Numbered from the stretch's first letter, positions 43,157-58,470 are shown. The stretch: DNA of 64,000 nucleotides from Chrysomallon squamiferum (GCA_012295275.1 CM022672.1:31248001-31312000), one strand, 5' to 3'. Numbers and translations are program-made. Notes: a model not told the origin generated them from the letters alone.

Positions 43157-43849
43157 GGCAACGCTAACCTGCTTCTGATAATGTTAAAACGTTCAGCAGT
43201 GCAATATCAATAAGCTATGACAGAATAACGGTAACTTAAAGGTATCTTAAAGTATATTGCAATAAAGGTAAGATATACTGCAACAAAGGTAAAAATTATA
43301 TTTCAACAACGGTAAGGTTATTTTACAGTAATTGAAAGTTATATTTAAGGAACGGTAAAATATTACAAGTAACTATATTGCAACAATTATTGTTCTTATT
43401 CTGGAATGCCTGTAAACTGTACTGAAATAATAGTATAAATATTTGGCAATAACCTCGAGATATATTATAATAGCGATAAGGCTCTTTGCAACAACGGTAA
43501 ATATTAAAATGTGTTGTAAATTGTTTACAATAACTGTTGCAATAACTGCAAAATATTTTGAAATAACGGCAAGTTAAACTGCAACAGCGGTCAGGTTATG
43601 CTGTAATAACCATAGTTTATTTTGCAGTAACTATGGTTATGCTGGACTAACTGCAGAATGTACTGAAATAAAGGTAAATGATAGGCAATAACCGCAAGCT
43701 ATGTTGCTGCGATAAGGATAAGGTTATTTACAACAATGGTAAGTTATATTACAGTTGAAATACTGGTTGAAATACTGGAATAACGGTAAAAATTACTGCA
43801 ATGAGTGTAAGATATTAAAAAAACGTTATAGTTACGTTACAGTAATTTC

Positions 43850-44330
43850 AGTTATTACCACAGCGTTAAGTTACGTTACAATAGCTGTAAGATATTACAA
43901 CAACGTTAAGTTACGTTACACTAGCCGTAAGATATTACCACAGCGTTAAGTTACGTTACAATAGCTGTAAGATATTACCACAGCGTTAAGTTACGTTACA
44001 ACAGCTGTAAGATAGTACAACAGCGTTAAGTTACGTTACAATAACTGTAAGATAGTACAACAGCGTTAAGTTACGTTACAATAACTGTAAGATAGTACAA
44101 CAGCGTTAAGTTACGTTACAATAGCTGTAAGATTTTACAACAGCGTTAAGTTATATTAAAATAACTGTAAAATATTACAACAACGTTAAGTACGTTACAA
44201 CAGCTGTAAGATATTACCGCTGTAAGATATTACCACAGCGTTAAGTTATATTTTACAATAACTAGGATATTACAACAGCGTTAAGTTACGTTAGAATAAC
44301 TGTAAGATATTACAACAGCGTTAAGTCACA
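43850..44330. repeat. Minisatellite, about 40 bp unit (CAGCGTTAAGTTACGTTACAATAGCTGTAAGATATTACAA), decaying toward about 43200
   Basis: About 11-12 tandem units. Confidence 0.9.
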
Positions 44331-44858
44331 TTTCAAAAACATGAAGTTATTCTGCAACAACGTTAAGTTACAATGCAGCAATGGTTCGCTATATCGCTTG
44401 GTTTACAACATCACTGCAGAAAACTGAACGCTTGGCTACTGCAAACCACATCCCACGTTGCGACACAAATTACTTTACTGACTTCTACATTCATGAAACA
44501 TATTTATTTTATAGATAATGGACAGCAATTGCTTCCATTTACTCTTCATTTTTCTAAAAAAAAAAAAAAAAAAAGGGCTGAAGGTTGCTTACTAATCGTC
44601 AAATTAGAAAAATAATTGACTTAACAACAGTTTAATACGAGGAATGTCAAATTATTTATTTCGCACTGTCACCCAAAGGTCAGCTAAATCGTTATTGCAC
44701 GCAGCCATCGTCGTTGACGTGGTTGTCGTTGTTTTCATCATTGTCGTTGTCTTTGTTGCATTTGCTAATACTGCTGACATATTGGGTATATATATTTGTT
44801 ATTGTTATTGTTACTATTATTATTATTAATGTTGTTGTTGTTGTTGTTATCATCATCA

Positions 44859-44917
<59 letters not shown>

Positions 44918-45067
44918 AATAAACACTTTCAAAATATAATTAAACGTAATTTTTTTTTATCAGTCTCTTCTGTTCCCTTTGAGTTAAAGTTCAGTGAAAA
45001 AAATATTTTGATCTTAATGTGTACATTTTGTTTGATTCCATGTAATTATTATTATTTTAAATATACC

Positions 45068-45107
<40 letters not shown>

Positions 45108-45399
45108 ATAATAATAATAATTAAAATAATAAATAAATAAATAAACAGAACATTGCTATAGATACAGAGAACAATCATTGGAGATTATTAAAAATGCATT
45201 TCTGACCAAATATAAAAGGTATGTGAAATTTATTTATGACGTAACAACCTGACACACTGGTCGGAGGATTTTCTTCCAAAGTGAAAACAAGATCTTGCAT
45301 GTAATTTTCATATTGTTATCACGATATATCACATTCATATAACAGCTTGTACAAAGACGAATAGTTAAAAATTAGAGCCCACATTATCTTCATTAACAA

Positions 45400-46040
45400 T
45401 AGATTCTACTGGAGGTCACCTGACAATGGTTTAATTAAAACTCTTATACACATAACTGACATACTGCCTTCACGACATATTATGAGTGACGGTCAAATTT
45501 AATTTCGAAAAGACTAACAACCGAAGATTAATATGGCGCTACCTTTATTAGAGGAATTAGTTTTAGAAGAGGTCACATGACGACCGTTTACTGAAAAAGT
45601 TTCTACGTATAATTATTACTATATTCATGTAAAAGGATATACGATTTAATTGCGCAAAAACTAACAACTAAAAAAATAGTAATACGCTTATCTTAAAGGT
45701 AGTTTCCGTAGAGGTCACGTGACAATCGTTTAGTTAAGACTTTTCTACATATAATTATTATGCTGCTATTTTACATTCATATAAAAGCAGATACAATTTA
45801 ACTGCTCTAAAACTAACAACGGAAAGAAAAATAATATGCTTATATTAACGGTAGTTTCCGTAGAAGTCACGTGACAGCCATTTTACTTAAAATGTTTCTA
45901 CATATAATTAATATTCTGCCTTTACTATATATATTACTACCGCTGCTAAAAATTTAGTTTCATGACAGACTGAAATGTAAAAACTAGTTGCTACCTTTCT
46001 TATGAATGGTTTCTGTCGGAGTCACGTGACACCGGTTTGC
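45400..46040. repeat. Degenerate about 150 bp tandem repeat carrying GTCACGTGAC, ending inside leader exon A
   Basis: (g/a)gtcac(c/a/g)tgac at about 45415, 45571, 45713, 45865 and 46020 with similar flanks. Confidence 0.65.
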
Positions 46041-46292
46041 TGCTAGCTCGTTCAGGCTCGTTTCCATCTTCGTTAATCGAGAATCCCAGAGTTCCAGGTA
46101 CTTGTCGAGTTTTTCAAAATGGCTGTTCGTCATAGTCTGCGCAATCTCGTTAATTTCGCACAAAGGCGGTCCTTCCTCCAGCGATATGCGATTGTCCAGT
46201 TCGGACATGCAGACGACTTCCTTAAGACTTGCAAGACGCGAAAGCGAGAGAAGAAAAACAAAATGTTTTGCCGAACTGGAGAACTCTGTCAT
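45995..46292 (-). CDS. Leader exon A of the GON locus: hydrophobic N-terminus plus Cys-bounded coiled coil, phase-1 donor
   Basis: MTEFSSSAKHFVFLLSLSRLASL...LCE...FEKLDKYLELWDSRLTKMETSLNELAANRC; donor AAA G|GTAGC; 298 nt; same architecture as leader B. Confidence 0.55.
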
Positions 46293-46645
46293 TCTTCAGA
46301 GTTTTCCGTGACCGTCACACTCTGATTCAGTTGGAGTAGTGATTCCAAAAAAAAGAAAAGAATCTGTGTTTCTATAATATTTCGTTTTCAAAAATTTCAC
46401 ACTGCATTATAAAAATTAACGAATTATGTATTTAGGAAAGTAGCCGCCGTTTAAATAAAAGTGGCCATATTTCAACGTCAGCGGCGATAACAAATAAATT
46501 CCATGCTGTACTGACAATATCCTGGCTGCAGTTACGTCCCCTGATCTGTTGTCGTATATTCGTTCTTTGTTTATTGAATATATTGTGTTGTGTGCTGTCT
46601 GTTGTATTGTATTGTGTTGCATTGTGTTGTAGTGTACTGTATTGT

Positions 46646-46680
<35 letters not shown>

Positions 46681-47199
46681 AAGGTTGACATCGCTATTGT
46701 TTGGGATTCACACTGGGGGCAATTCAGTCTTTTCATTAAAACCACGAAATCTTCTACTTGTCAAATTGTGGCACAATCCATACACGTAAATACTACTCTA
46801 TATATTTACTATTCTCTATAAATACTATATACTGGCCATTATTTATTTATTTATCGTATTTATTAGGTATCGAAGCTATTACGTTTTACAGATTTGATTA
46901 CATCTCATTAATATATGAATAAATATAAAGATTATAATTAAAGAAAGATAGATAAATAAATAATACAGATAATTTATTAACACGAGTAGTGACTGTAAGT
47001 TAGCTATCTCATGTCGAAGAATTATGCAAATATCAAATTATTTTACAAGAATAACAAAAAAAATATGACTCACAAGTCGGAATAATTCATATTAAAAATG
47101 TTGCTGCATTAATCATAATATGTCAGCAACATTACTTTCTCATTCAACAAAAACAAAAATATTACAAACATGAAAAAATCATTAATATTTAAAATAATA

Positions 47200-47237
<38 letters not shown>

Positions 47238-47815
47238 AATAATAATAATAATAATAATAAATAATTAATAAATAAATAAGCAAATAAATAAATAAATAAT
47301 AATAAATAATTCATAAATAAAATTAAAAAATTAAAAAATAAAAAATAATAAAAAATAAATAAAATAATTAATTTTTTTTTAAAATTCACATTATGTTTTC
47401 CATTTTTATAAAATTCAACACTAAATGTCTACAGAAATTATTTCGTAGTTTTTAGCATTCCACGAGTAAAAGCAAACGTTACATTCGCATTTAAAGAAAA
47501 AAAAAAAAAAAAAAAAAAAAAAAGAAAGAAAAGATAAATAAAAAAGAAACAGAATAGTTTCAGCGAGATGAAAGTCAGTAGAGTGTTTCACAGATCGTCA
47601 TGTTTTTCGCCAACTACAACAGTTGAGCTTTTCTTAGAATGGTTGCCAAAGAATCCGGAACTTTTAAAGTGAACATTTCTCTTTTAAACAAAACTCCCAG
47701 TAATTGAGTAGAAACTTTGAAAATTGTTCTGAGAACAAAAACAATACAGTTAAACTTGTTACAGTATACAGTAATAGTGGCAGACGACTCCACCAATATA
47801 TATATATTTTTTTCT

Positions 47816-47907
<92 letters not shown>

Positions 47908-49189
47908 ATAACTATTACTTCCTGACGTATCCATTTTGGATTTTTCGTAGTAAATAAATTACGATTCTATTTAACACTATCTTTACGCGAAGAAAGAATA
48001 TAAGAATGATGATGATGATGATGATGACGATGATGACAGAAGATGTAGTAGCAGTAGTGATAAGGAGCGGCAGAAACAGGAATTCTTTTCTCACGCTTGA
48101 ATGAGTCTTAATTTTCCGTTTACCTGACCTAGCTTTAATGACAAGCTTAAACAGACAAGGCGGGGAAAAAAATAAAAAAAAATAAAAAAATAAAAATAAA
48201 TAAATAAAAAGAATTTGCTTTTAAAAAAAAGTCTGACGTCACAGAATTTTTGACTGACAGCCAGAAACTATTAGAGTGTTGTTTATTTGTATTTGTCAGA
48301 GTTACTCTCGCAAAATAAGTTTTTAGAATAAATAAATAATAAATCTTTACTTAGCGAGATCTGTATAAATAAGTTATAAATTCTGAAGCCCGATACAGTA
48401 ATTTATTTACTTTAGGAATATTGGATGGAACTGGGAAAGGGATGGATTGTATATGGACATTTGTTGGCCTAAGATAAATAAATAAATAAAAAAATAAAAA
48501 AATAATAACAACAACAACAACAAGGAAAAATTTAAATAAAAGAAGAAAAAGAAAGATATTTTTATTAAACATTTTTCCATTTCATTTTTTTAATTCTTAA
48601 TTAATTAGTTAATTATTTCATTACTTTTAACAATGTTCTGCACTTGTTGGCTGTCATTTCATTAAGACTAAGAAAATAAATAAATAAATAAATAATTTAA
48701 AAATTAAAAAAAAAATAAAAAAAAATTAAACAAAACCTTAACAAAACAAAACAAACAAACAAATAAACAACCCCCCCTCAAAAAAAACAACAACAGTAAT
48801 AAATAAATAAAAAAAATGTTTAAATGCATCACAGAAATTACCATATATAATAATGACAAAAAAATACACAAGAAATTATTTTGATAAAAGTACATTACTG
48901 GAGGTAAATATAGACCTGAATTCTCCTTCAAAGTTAGTTCTCCTACAACCTTTCCTAATAACAAAGTATGTAAATCCACCAAGATAACTTTATATATACA
49001 AATTATAGTCAAGCTATTTACATACTTTTTAACTAATGTAGATTTTTCTTTTTCTTGGGGGGGGGGAGGCAGTGGTTTGACAGTATCGTCTGATGAAAAA
49101 ATTAAAATAAATCACAAATTAAAAATTAAAATAAAAGATAAGTCAAAACAGAAAAAAAAAAAAAAAAAAAAACAACAACGTTTGCTGCA

Positions 49190-49224
<35 letters not shown>

Positions 49225-49565
49225 CATACTGATTTTAAATCATGATGATTAAAAACTTCTTTCCATCTTACGATATTATGTTTAAAAAGTTGTATGATAT
49301 TCTGCCGGTCATATTGTATAACGACATATTTAAAATAAAACTGCATGATAACAATGATGAAGCATGTATGACCTTCACACTGACCTCGTTCGTATGATCA
49401 CGTGGAGTTTATTTTTAAAGTATGAACCAGACGTTCATTCTTTCGACCATTTTCTACAGGGTAGCACTCAGTTCTTAATGCTCTCTTTTACGAATTATAT
49501 AAAAATGATAAAAATAAATAAATAAATAAATAAATAAAATAAATATAAAAAATCAGTTAAAAGAG

Positions 49566-50234
49566 TCACTTAAAGTCGTATCTCCTCCGACTGCAAAACA
49601 CAATAACAATAATAAACAAAAGGAACGTGAAGACCAGCGCCACAGCTAAACCAATCACAGCGAGATCGGAAGTTCTTTCGTCCATTTTGAAAATATCCGT
49701 TTTAAATCCGCCCGTTTCTTGCGGAGCATCGTTCTGCGTAAGGTGATGCATGGAAAACAAGTGTGGAACAAGCTCGGACCACAGAGCAATTCTGCGCCTG
49801 TAGAGATGGTCTCTTATTGTCAGATTTGGTTTAAGAACAACGTATTTCTCCGTGCGCGTGTTGAACTCAGGCCAGCCACGTGGTAATCTATCGTCGAAAT
49901 CTGGTACAGGGTTTCTGAAGTGCAAGAAAACCAAATACGTAAAAAATTAACGTTGACATTTTCTTTTAGACGTACTGTCTCTATATTTCGTTAAAATTTT
50001 AAAATTTTATTTTAATGGTTAAATTTTCAAAAGGATGTATTTTAGAATAGCCATGATTATGCTGGTCAGTAAAATGTATGAGAACTATAAATTACAGAAT
50101 AACTTTGATCTGAAAGCTGTGAGAATATTTTACTCATAGGCAATTTCAGTTATAACTTAACTGCAATAAAGTAAAAGAGAAATTACAAATAATAATTATA
50201 ATGATGATAATGATGGTAGTATCAGTAGTATAGT

Positions 50235-50280
<46 letters not shown>

Positions 50281-50448
50281 CTACTGCTACTACGAATAAT
50301 TCGAATAGTATTCGTAGTAATAGTAGGATTAGTAGGAGCAGTCGGAGAGTGTTAGTAGTAGCAGTAGTAGTAGTAGTAATAATAGTTAATAGTAGTAGTT
50401 GTTTGCTTTTTGTGATTAAATAAGTAAGTAAATAAATAAATGATGATG

Positions 50449-50507
<59 letters not shown>

Positions 50508-52127
50508 GACAAATAATAAAATTTAATAAAAAGTAATAAAATAAAAATAACAAACGACTACTGACCCATGCTTTGCAAAATTCGACAGAAAACCAATGAG
50601 TGTTCGAGCCAATGTTTTCTCCTCGCTAGACACAGGGGCGCCACCTAGAATGTTAATTCCCGGCAGAATGTCGTCCTTGAAGATCCCGAACGTGTAGAAC
50701 TTGTCCATGCCGTGAATGATTCCCTGGCTCACCGACTGGTTGCTGGCGAACGATGGGTGGTGGTCGAAGTGGTAGAAGTACGTCCTTCCTCGCGACCCCA
50801 GGGACGAAATAGCTTTAGCCCACTGGTACACGGGCACCACAAACGTGGGGTCTGAAGCGACTTTGAGGACTGCTTTCTGACTGACCCGTCCCTCGGACAG
50901 GCTGTCGGGGAAGATGCTCTCAAAGAGGACGGTCTCGGTGACAAACGGGTTGGAAACGCCGTAGATCTGCTTGAGAAGCGGAGCTAGAAGCAGATGTTTG
51001 AAGCCCGCGTGAGTCTGTATCGACTCCAGCAGAGACATCTTGAGGATTTTCTCGAAGTTCTTCACCAGCATCAGCAAGCTGCCGCCCTCGTTGTTGTTGA
51101 CGGAGAGGACGAAGTCCGTGTGAGGCAGCGACGTCGACAGCAGGTGTCGCTTGTTTTTGAGGAGCGCGTGCGGACTGTCGACAACGAACTCTTTGTCGAC
51201 TGTCGGCACGAAGACGAAATCGAAAACGCTGGTCTGAACTTCCATCGACATGGGCCACGAGTTTCTGTAGAGCTTCTCGTGAGGAACGTTTCTCAGGCAT
51301 TCTATTATGTTCACGTGAAGCTGTCGTTTGTCCGCCCGTCCGTCTGGGTGGTAGCAGTTCAGCTTCCTGGCGAGGTGGTACGTGGCGGGGAGGGGGTCTC
51401 TGGTGAACGCCCACGAGCTCGTGGCCGCCCCGCTCTGCATAACGACCCTGCGGAACAGTCCCTTAGACAGAGGGGACAGGGCGTGGTAGTTGACACTGGC
51501 CGCGCCTGCCGACTGCCCCATCAGCGTGACCCGGGCCGGGTCCCCGCCGAAGTGAGCGATGTTGTCGTGAACCCAGCGAAGAGCCGCGTGCTGGTCCCAC
51601 AGCCCCAGGTTGCCCGGAACGACGTCGTCGTTGGTGCTGAGGAAGCCGAACGGCCCCAGCCGGTACTGCAGCGTGACGACTACGACGTCTCCGAGCGTGG
51701 CGAGGATGGACGAGTCGTAGGGACGGGAGTCGCCGTAGGTGAAGCCGCCGCCGTGGATCCACACGACGACTGCGCGCTTCTCGCCGGTCGAGCTGCGGCG
51801 GCTGTCAGTGGGAAGGAAGACGTTGAGGAAGAGGCAGTCCTCCTGCCCCTCGATGCGCGACACGCCCTGGATGTACAGGCTCTGCACGCACATGGGGCGG
51901 TAGTACGTGGCGTTGTACGGCCCGGTGACGTTGGCGACGAGCCTCGGTCTGGCAAACCGCTCGCACGTCGCGTACTTTATCCCGAGGAAAGCCGCGCTGT
52001 GCTGTCCGTACTCGGTAACCATGGCAACGCCGTGGTACGTCCCTGGTCCCGCTCTGACTTCGGGGCTCGCTTTGATCGGAAACGTTACCGGAACGAGGCA
52101 GACGACGAACAGCATCAGGTCCGCCAT
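49566..52127 (-). CDS. Type-B carboxylesterase/cholinesterase-like alpha/beta hydrolase with signal peptide and C-terminal TM helix, 2 coding exons, 636 aa
   Basis: Exons 50566-52127 and 49566-49914 (phase 2, KHG|NP). Motifs EDCLFLNVF, WIHGGG, YRLGPFGFL, GNLGLWDQ, GQSAG (Ser), NNNEG (Glu), HGMD (His). TM segment AVIGLAVALVFTFLLFIIVIVFC. An acceptor at about 52172 implies an upstream non-coding exon. Confidence 0.95.
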
Positions 52128-52393
52128 CTTGAAATTGTGGGAGGTTTACGGACTGAACATGTAAGCGCACACCTGAAATAAAAAAAAAAAAAAAAAAATT
52201 GTTGAATATTAGAAGAAGAAAAAATAATATGATATACGTATGTATGTGTATGTGTGTGTATTTTTTTCTTCTGTAGTGCGCCTTCTACAAATGTCAGTTA
52301 CAGTGGTAACTCGTAATTATGTAATAAATTACAGTTAGAGTGACTGCAGTTGTAACTATAAGAGAAATATTATTAACAAGCATAATTAATAAT

Positions 52394-52448
<55 letters not shown>

Positions 52449-52992
52449 TTTTTATTACATGATATCCTCTTATAAAGTACAAGCTGTAATAAATATTCTA
52501 AAATATGATCAAGATTTTGTTTGTACTCCATTGATCAGCAGAATCTTTCTTTCTGTTTTCGTTGTTTCTTTATAACCAGTCATACGCTGATATTCATACT
52601 GTATAATATATTCCGGAGCCTCCTTCGTTAAAGTAACAAAATAGTAAATGGTTGTTTGGCATCTGCATGTTGATGAACATATTGTGACAGTGAACAGCGC
52701 CATAGCTATATAACGTTCGCATCAGTAATATGTAAGGTATTTTTTTATTAAAGGGTCACATGACAGTAACACAAAACACTATTTGAATAAAGTTATACTG
52801 TCATCTAACCTATGGAACACATATTAGTAAACATAATTTAAAAAAAAAGAAAAAAGAAAAAGAAAATAAAAAAATAATAATACTAATAACACTCGTATAA
52901 TAAAGAGATTGTAAAACTAAAATTAAAACAAATGCTGTAAAAATAATTAACAGAAGAAGCTGGTCATTTACGATAATAAAATTTAAATAAAA

Positions 52993-53031
<39 letters not shown>

Positions 53032-53753
53032 GTAGGCAATTAAAACCAAATATAACGTGAAATAAAATCTCATTGAAATCCCAGTAAAGAGTATGCGAGC
53101 TATTAATTACTGTACTTTTTCACTCGTTATTTTAAAAAATAATGGTTCATTAGGAGCAAACATTCATAAAAAAAAAAAAAAAAAAAAAATTCAACTGTTC
53201 GTTTAAAACATAACTAAGATAATCATTTATACGGTAAATTAATAAAATGTGCACTTCATTACAAAAACACGTTCTGTTAACGAAATAGGAGGTTATATTA
53301 TGTCTGCCTGCTTCAGTATCAAAAGGCAGATTACCAGCTCTAGATATGGAAAAAAAAAAAAATCTTCTCTATGTATTCTGGGAATAATTACTTGAGTACA
53401 TAATTGAGGACACATGTCGTTTTTTTTTTTTTGTGTGTTTTTTTTTTGTGTTTTTTTTTCTTCGTATTGCTGTGAATGTTGTGTATCATTTATAATAACT
53501 GCTGGGTTTGAAAACATCGTTTACATTTTACGACGATTTCTTTATAATTGGCAATTATAGTTATAGCTGGGATTTCTGAGGTAATTATAGTTGTTTCGGT
53601 AATATGAAGACACAAAATACAAAACAAAACACACGTGATTACAACTCGGTCCACTCGTGAATTTGTAGAACACAGTCCTGCGTATTAAGTTAAACTCCAC
53701 AATATTAATGTGAGCTTAAACACGTTAAACACGTATACACTGACACACTCACG

Positions 53754-53806
<53 letters not shown>

Positions 53807-53954
53807 ATTCTCTGTTTATCCCTGCATCCCTTCCCTAACTCTCTCACACTCTCATTAAACACTAGACGCATGTACACTACACTTATAAACACACACACAC
53901 ACACACAAACACGCACGAACACACACAAAAGACACACTCACTCACTCTCTCTCT

Positions 53955-54019
<65 letters not shown>

Positions 54020-54100
54020 GTCTCTCTCTCTCTGACTGTAAAATAAAGAAAAAATATACTTTATAAAAGAGATAAAAATGGGGAGAAATTCTGTTTAACA

Positions 54101-54309
<209 letters not shown>

Positions 54310-54633
54310 AGACACACACGATGCATAGGCCATTACAATGGCACCAGAATACTTGTGATATCTGTTCACAGACATATTTATTTATATCACGTCTACAGCA
54401 GAAATAAAGTCTCCTTTATTTCCACGTTTACATTATACACGATGTTACAAGATTAAAACTAACACAGATCTCTGCAACAGTAATGAACATACAAGATGCT
54501 TTTGTTTCAAGAAAAATATATATATATATAAAACTTCTTGAACCATGAGTATCTTGCATTTTTATCAAGTGTGGTGTGTGTTTATGTATATGGGTATGTA
54601 GGTGTATGTTTATATAATTAGACACAAAAATAT

Positions 54634-54771
<138 letters not shown>

Positions 54772-54853
54772 AAATTTAGCAAATTAAACAGAATTAATGT
54801 TTGATAATAATAATAATGGTGTTTCTTTATACAGCATATACGTGTGCCTTATC

Positions 54854-54891
<38 letters not shown>

Positions 54892-56402
54892 CATAATAAT
54901 AATTATTATTATTATATTCTTTTCTTACTGTCGTCATCATAATTATTTATTATTGTTATTGTCGTCATGATTATTATAATCATCATCGTTATTATAGTTT
55001 GTTCTTGTTGTCGTCATAATGATGATCATCTTTGTCATCTTCATCATCATCATCATCATCATTATTATTAATAGCAGTAGGATTATAATTATTATTATTA
55101 TTTTATTATTATTATTATTTTATTATTATTATTATTATTATTATCATCATCATCATCATTACTGTATATGAGGTAGACTGATATTCGCGACGTTAATATG
55201 AATAAATACAGAAACATGGGAAGGTATTATTACTTGAGCTGCAGCCTTTGAACAACGCTTCATAAAACGCTGCAAACAACAACAAACAAACTAAAACAAC
55301 CCCACAACTAAACCCATCAAGCGTCTTGATGCTGGAACTCAACAGAGCCAAGTCCATCACTGAAAGATTAACAGTCGTCTGCTTCCGACAGGTTTCTACA
55401 TCAAGCTCACTGAACGATGTATGTTTGTACTTAACCATGTTTTATCTTTTACCCAAGACGCTATTATTCTCCAGGTAATTAAGTCTCGTTCGGGAGACGC
55501 CCCTGAACGCGAAGTCACGAGATTTCGTGCTGGCAACGCCCGGGCAACCCGGTGCGAAGAACAAAGATTATAAACCGCATTAAATAAGAGACAAAAAGAA
55601 AGAAAGAAAAAAAGAGAAAAAACGTTGCAGATTTTTGTTCTCTTTGAAGTTCTGTTTACATTTTTTTTTTTTTTTTTTTATGAGTTCCAGATATTACGGT
55701 CATGGGAATTATTATTAATTTTTTATTATTATTATTTATTTACTTTTTATTGTTTTTTTTTTCATTTTGTTTTAATTTTTTTTTCGTCGTATTTTTGTTC
55801 TGTTCTGCTTTCTTTTGGTTTTCTTCTCTTTCTTCTTATATTTATTTCCTTTTCTTTTAACTCTCTTTGTCTTTTCTCCTTTTAACTTTTACAAAAAAAA
55901 GAAAATTAGACCAATAGGAACGAAAGTAATAATAATTAAAAACAAGTAAATAGAAATAAAAAGAAAGGAGAGAAATACCAAGAACCTCTATTACATTGTT
56001 TTATCCCGCAATTTATAATCATCATCATGATCATCATCATCATTCTTATTACTATTATTACTATTGTTGTTGTTGTTGGTATTTTTATTATTAAAAATAT
56101 AGCAAGGAAAAGAGGAGTCGAATAAAACTCAAATCTTAAGTTTACTCTTTCGTTCTTTATATATATATATATATATATAAACGAAAGAGTAAAGTTAAGA
56201 GTAGGCATATATATATATTTATTTATATAAAATATAATATATGTATGTATGTATATATATGTATATATGTATTTCAATCTACGTATAAATCTATGATTCA
56301 TCAATGAACTTAATGTCCTTTTTTTGCTTTGCTTTGCTCTAGAAAATTTGTTTCAGCAGTGCAACCACGTTAGTCATAGGGTAATCAACACACACACACA
56401 CA

Positions 56403-56506
<104 letters not shown>

Positions 56507-56739
56507 TTAAAATAAGAACAAATACGCGAAAATACCAGACCGGCACTCACTAACAAAGCCTGTAACAGACACCAGTCTGCACACGAGATGAACTGAACGA
56601 GTTACCACAGTCAGCGGCTCACAAGACACTGATTTACAAATTAACGTACCGCATTCATAACTTCTCTTTCGACAGACGTTCAGGAACGGTGTATCCATGC
56701 AATACAGATGTTACCTACTGACCCCAATAACCCACATGG

Positions 56740-58470
56740 TATTACTTACAAACATAAAAATAGCCCACATGATACAGATATTACTTACAAATATAAAAGT
56801 AACCCAAGTAATACAGATATTACTTACAAACATAAAAATAGCGCACATGATACAGATATTACTTACAAACATAAAAATAACATAGATGACACAGATATTA
56901 CTTACAAACATAAAAGTAACCCACATGATACAGATATTACTTACAAACATAAAAGTAACCCACGTGATACAGATATTACTTACAAACATAAAAGTAACCC
57001 ACATGATACAGATATTACTTACAAACATAAAAGTAACTCACATAATACAGATATTACTTACAAACATAAAAGTAACCCACGTGATACAGATATTACTTAC
57101 AAACATAAAAGTAACCCACGTGATACAGATATTACTTACAAACATAAAAGTAACCCACGTGATACAGATATTACCTACAAACATAAAAGTAACCCACGTG
57201 ATACAGATATTACCTACAAACATAAAAGTAACCCACGTGATACAGATATTACTTACAAACATAAAAGTAACCCACGTGATACAGATATTACTTACAAACA
57301 TAAAAGTAACCCACGTGATACAGATATTACTTACAAACATAAAAGTAACCCACATGATACAGATATTACTTACAAACATAAAAGTAACCCACATGATACA
57401 GATATTACTTACAAACATAAAAGTAACCCACGTGATACAGATGTTACTTACAAACATAAAAGTAACCCACGTGATACAGATATTACTTACAAACATAAAA
57501 GTAACCCACGTGATACAGATATTACTTACAAACATAAAAGTAACCCACGTGATACAGATATTACTTACAAACATAAAAGTAACCCACGTGATACAGATAT
57601 TACTTACAAACATAAAAGTAACTCACATGATACAGATATTATTTACAAACATAAAAGTAACTCACATGATACAGATATTACTTACAAACATAAAAGTAAC
57701 CCACGTGATACAGATATTACCTACAAACATAAAAGTAACCCAGATGATACAGATATTACTTACAAACTTAAAAATAATCTATGTAATACAGACGCCACAT
57801 ACACACATATCAGTAACCTACCTAACACATATGCTAAATACAGACATATCAGGAACCCACATAATACAGATGTTACAATCAGACATATCAATGACTTACT
57901 TAATACAGATATTACATACAGACATATCTGTAAACTAACTAATACAATGTTACATATAGACATATCCAGGGCCTATTTAATAGTGATGTTACATATAGAC
58001 ATATGAAGAATCTATTTAATACTGATGTTACATACAAACATATCAAGAACCTATTTAATAGTGATGTTACATACAGACATATCAAGAACCTAACTAATAC
58101 AATGTTACATACAGACATATCCAGAACCTATTTGATATAGGTGTTACATACAGACATATGAAGAATCTATTTAATACAGATGTTACGTACAGACATGTAA
58201 GAACCTATTTAATAGAGATGTTACATACAGACATATCAAGAATCTATTTAATAGTGATGTTACATACAGTCATATCCAGAACCTATTTAATAGTGATGTT
58301 ACATACAGACATATCAAGAACCTAACTAATACAATGTTACATACAGACATATCCAGAACCTATTTAATATAGGATGTTACATACAGACATATCCAGAACC
58401 TATTTAACACAGATGTTACATACAGACATGTAAGAACCTATTTAAAAGAGATGTTACATACTGACATATC
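56740..58470. repeat. 39-bp minisatellite (GATACAGATATTACTTACAAACATAAAAGTAACCCACGT), about 26 copies, followed by a related diverged 39-bp array
   Basis: Homogeneous array 56740-57770; second subfamily (GATGTTACATACAGACATATCAAGAACCTATTTAATA) 57770-58470. Confidence 0.95.

Noticed and set aside
50994-52181. 395-aa plus-strand ORF
   Set aside because: Antisense shadow of the GC3-rich carboxylesterase exon; no recognisable domain.
55193-55438. 81-aa minus-strand ORF downstream of a GC-rich patch
   Set aside because: No recognisable domain or clear splice link; it may be a UTR exon but is unsupported.
56708-58006. 432-aa and 350-aa repetitive ORFs; superficially CRISPR-like periodicity
   Set aside because: A 39-bp unit is a multiple of 3 and stop-free by chance in several frames; there are no unique spacers or cas genes, and the context is eukaryotic.
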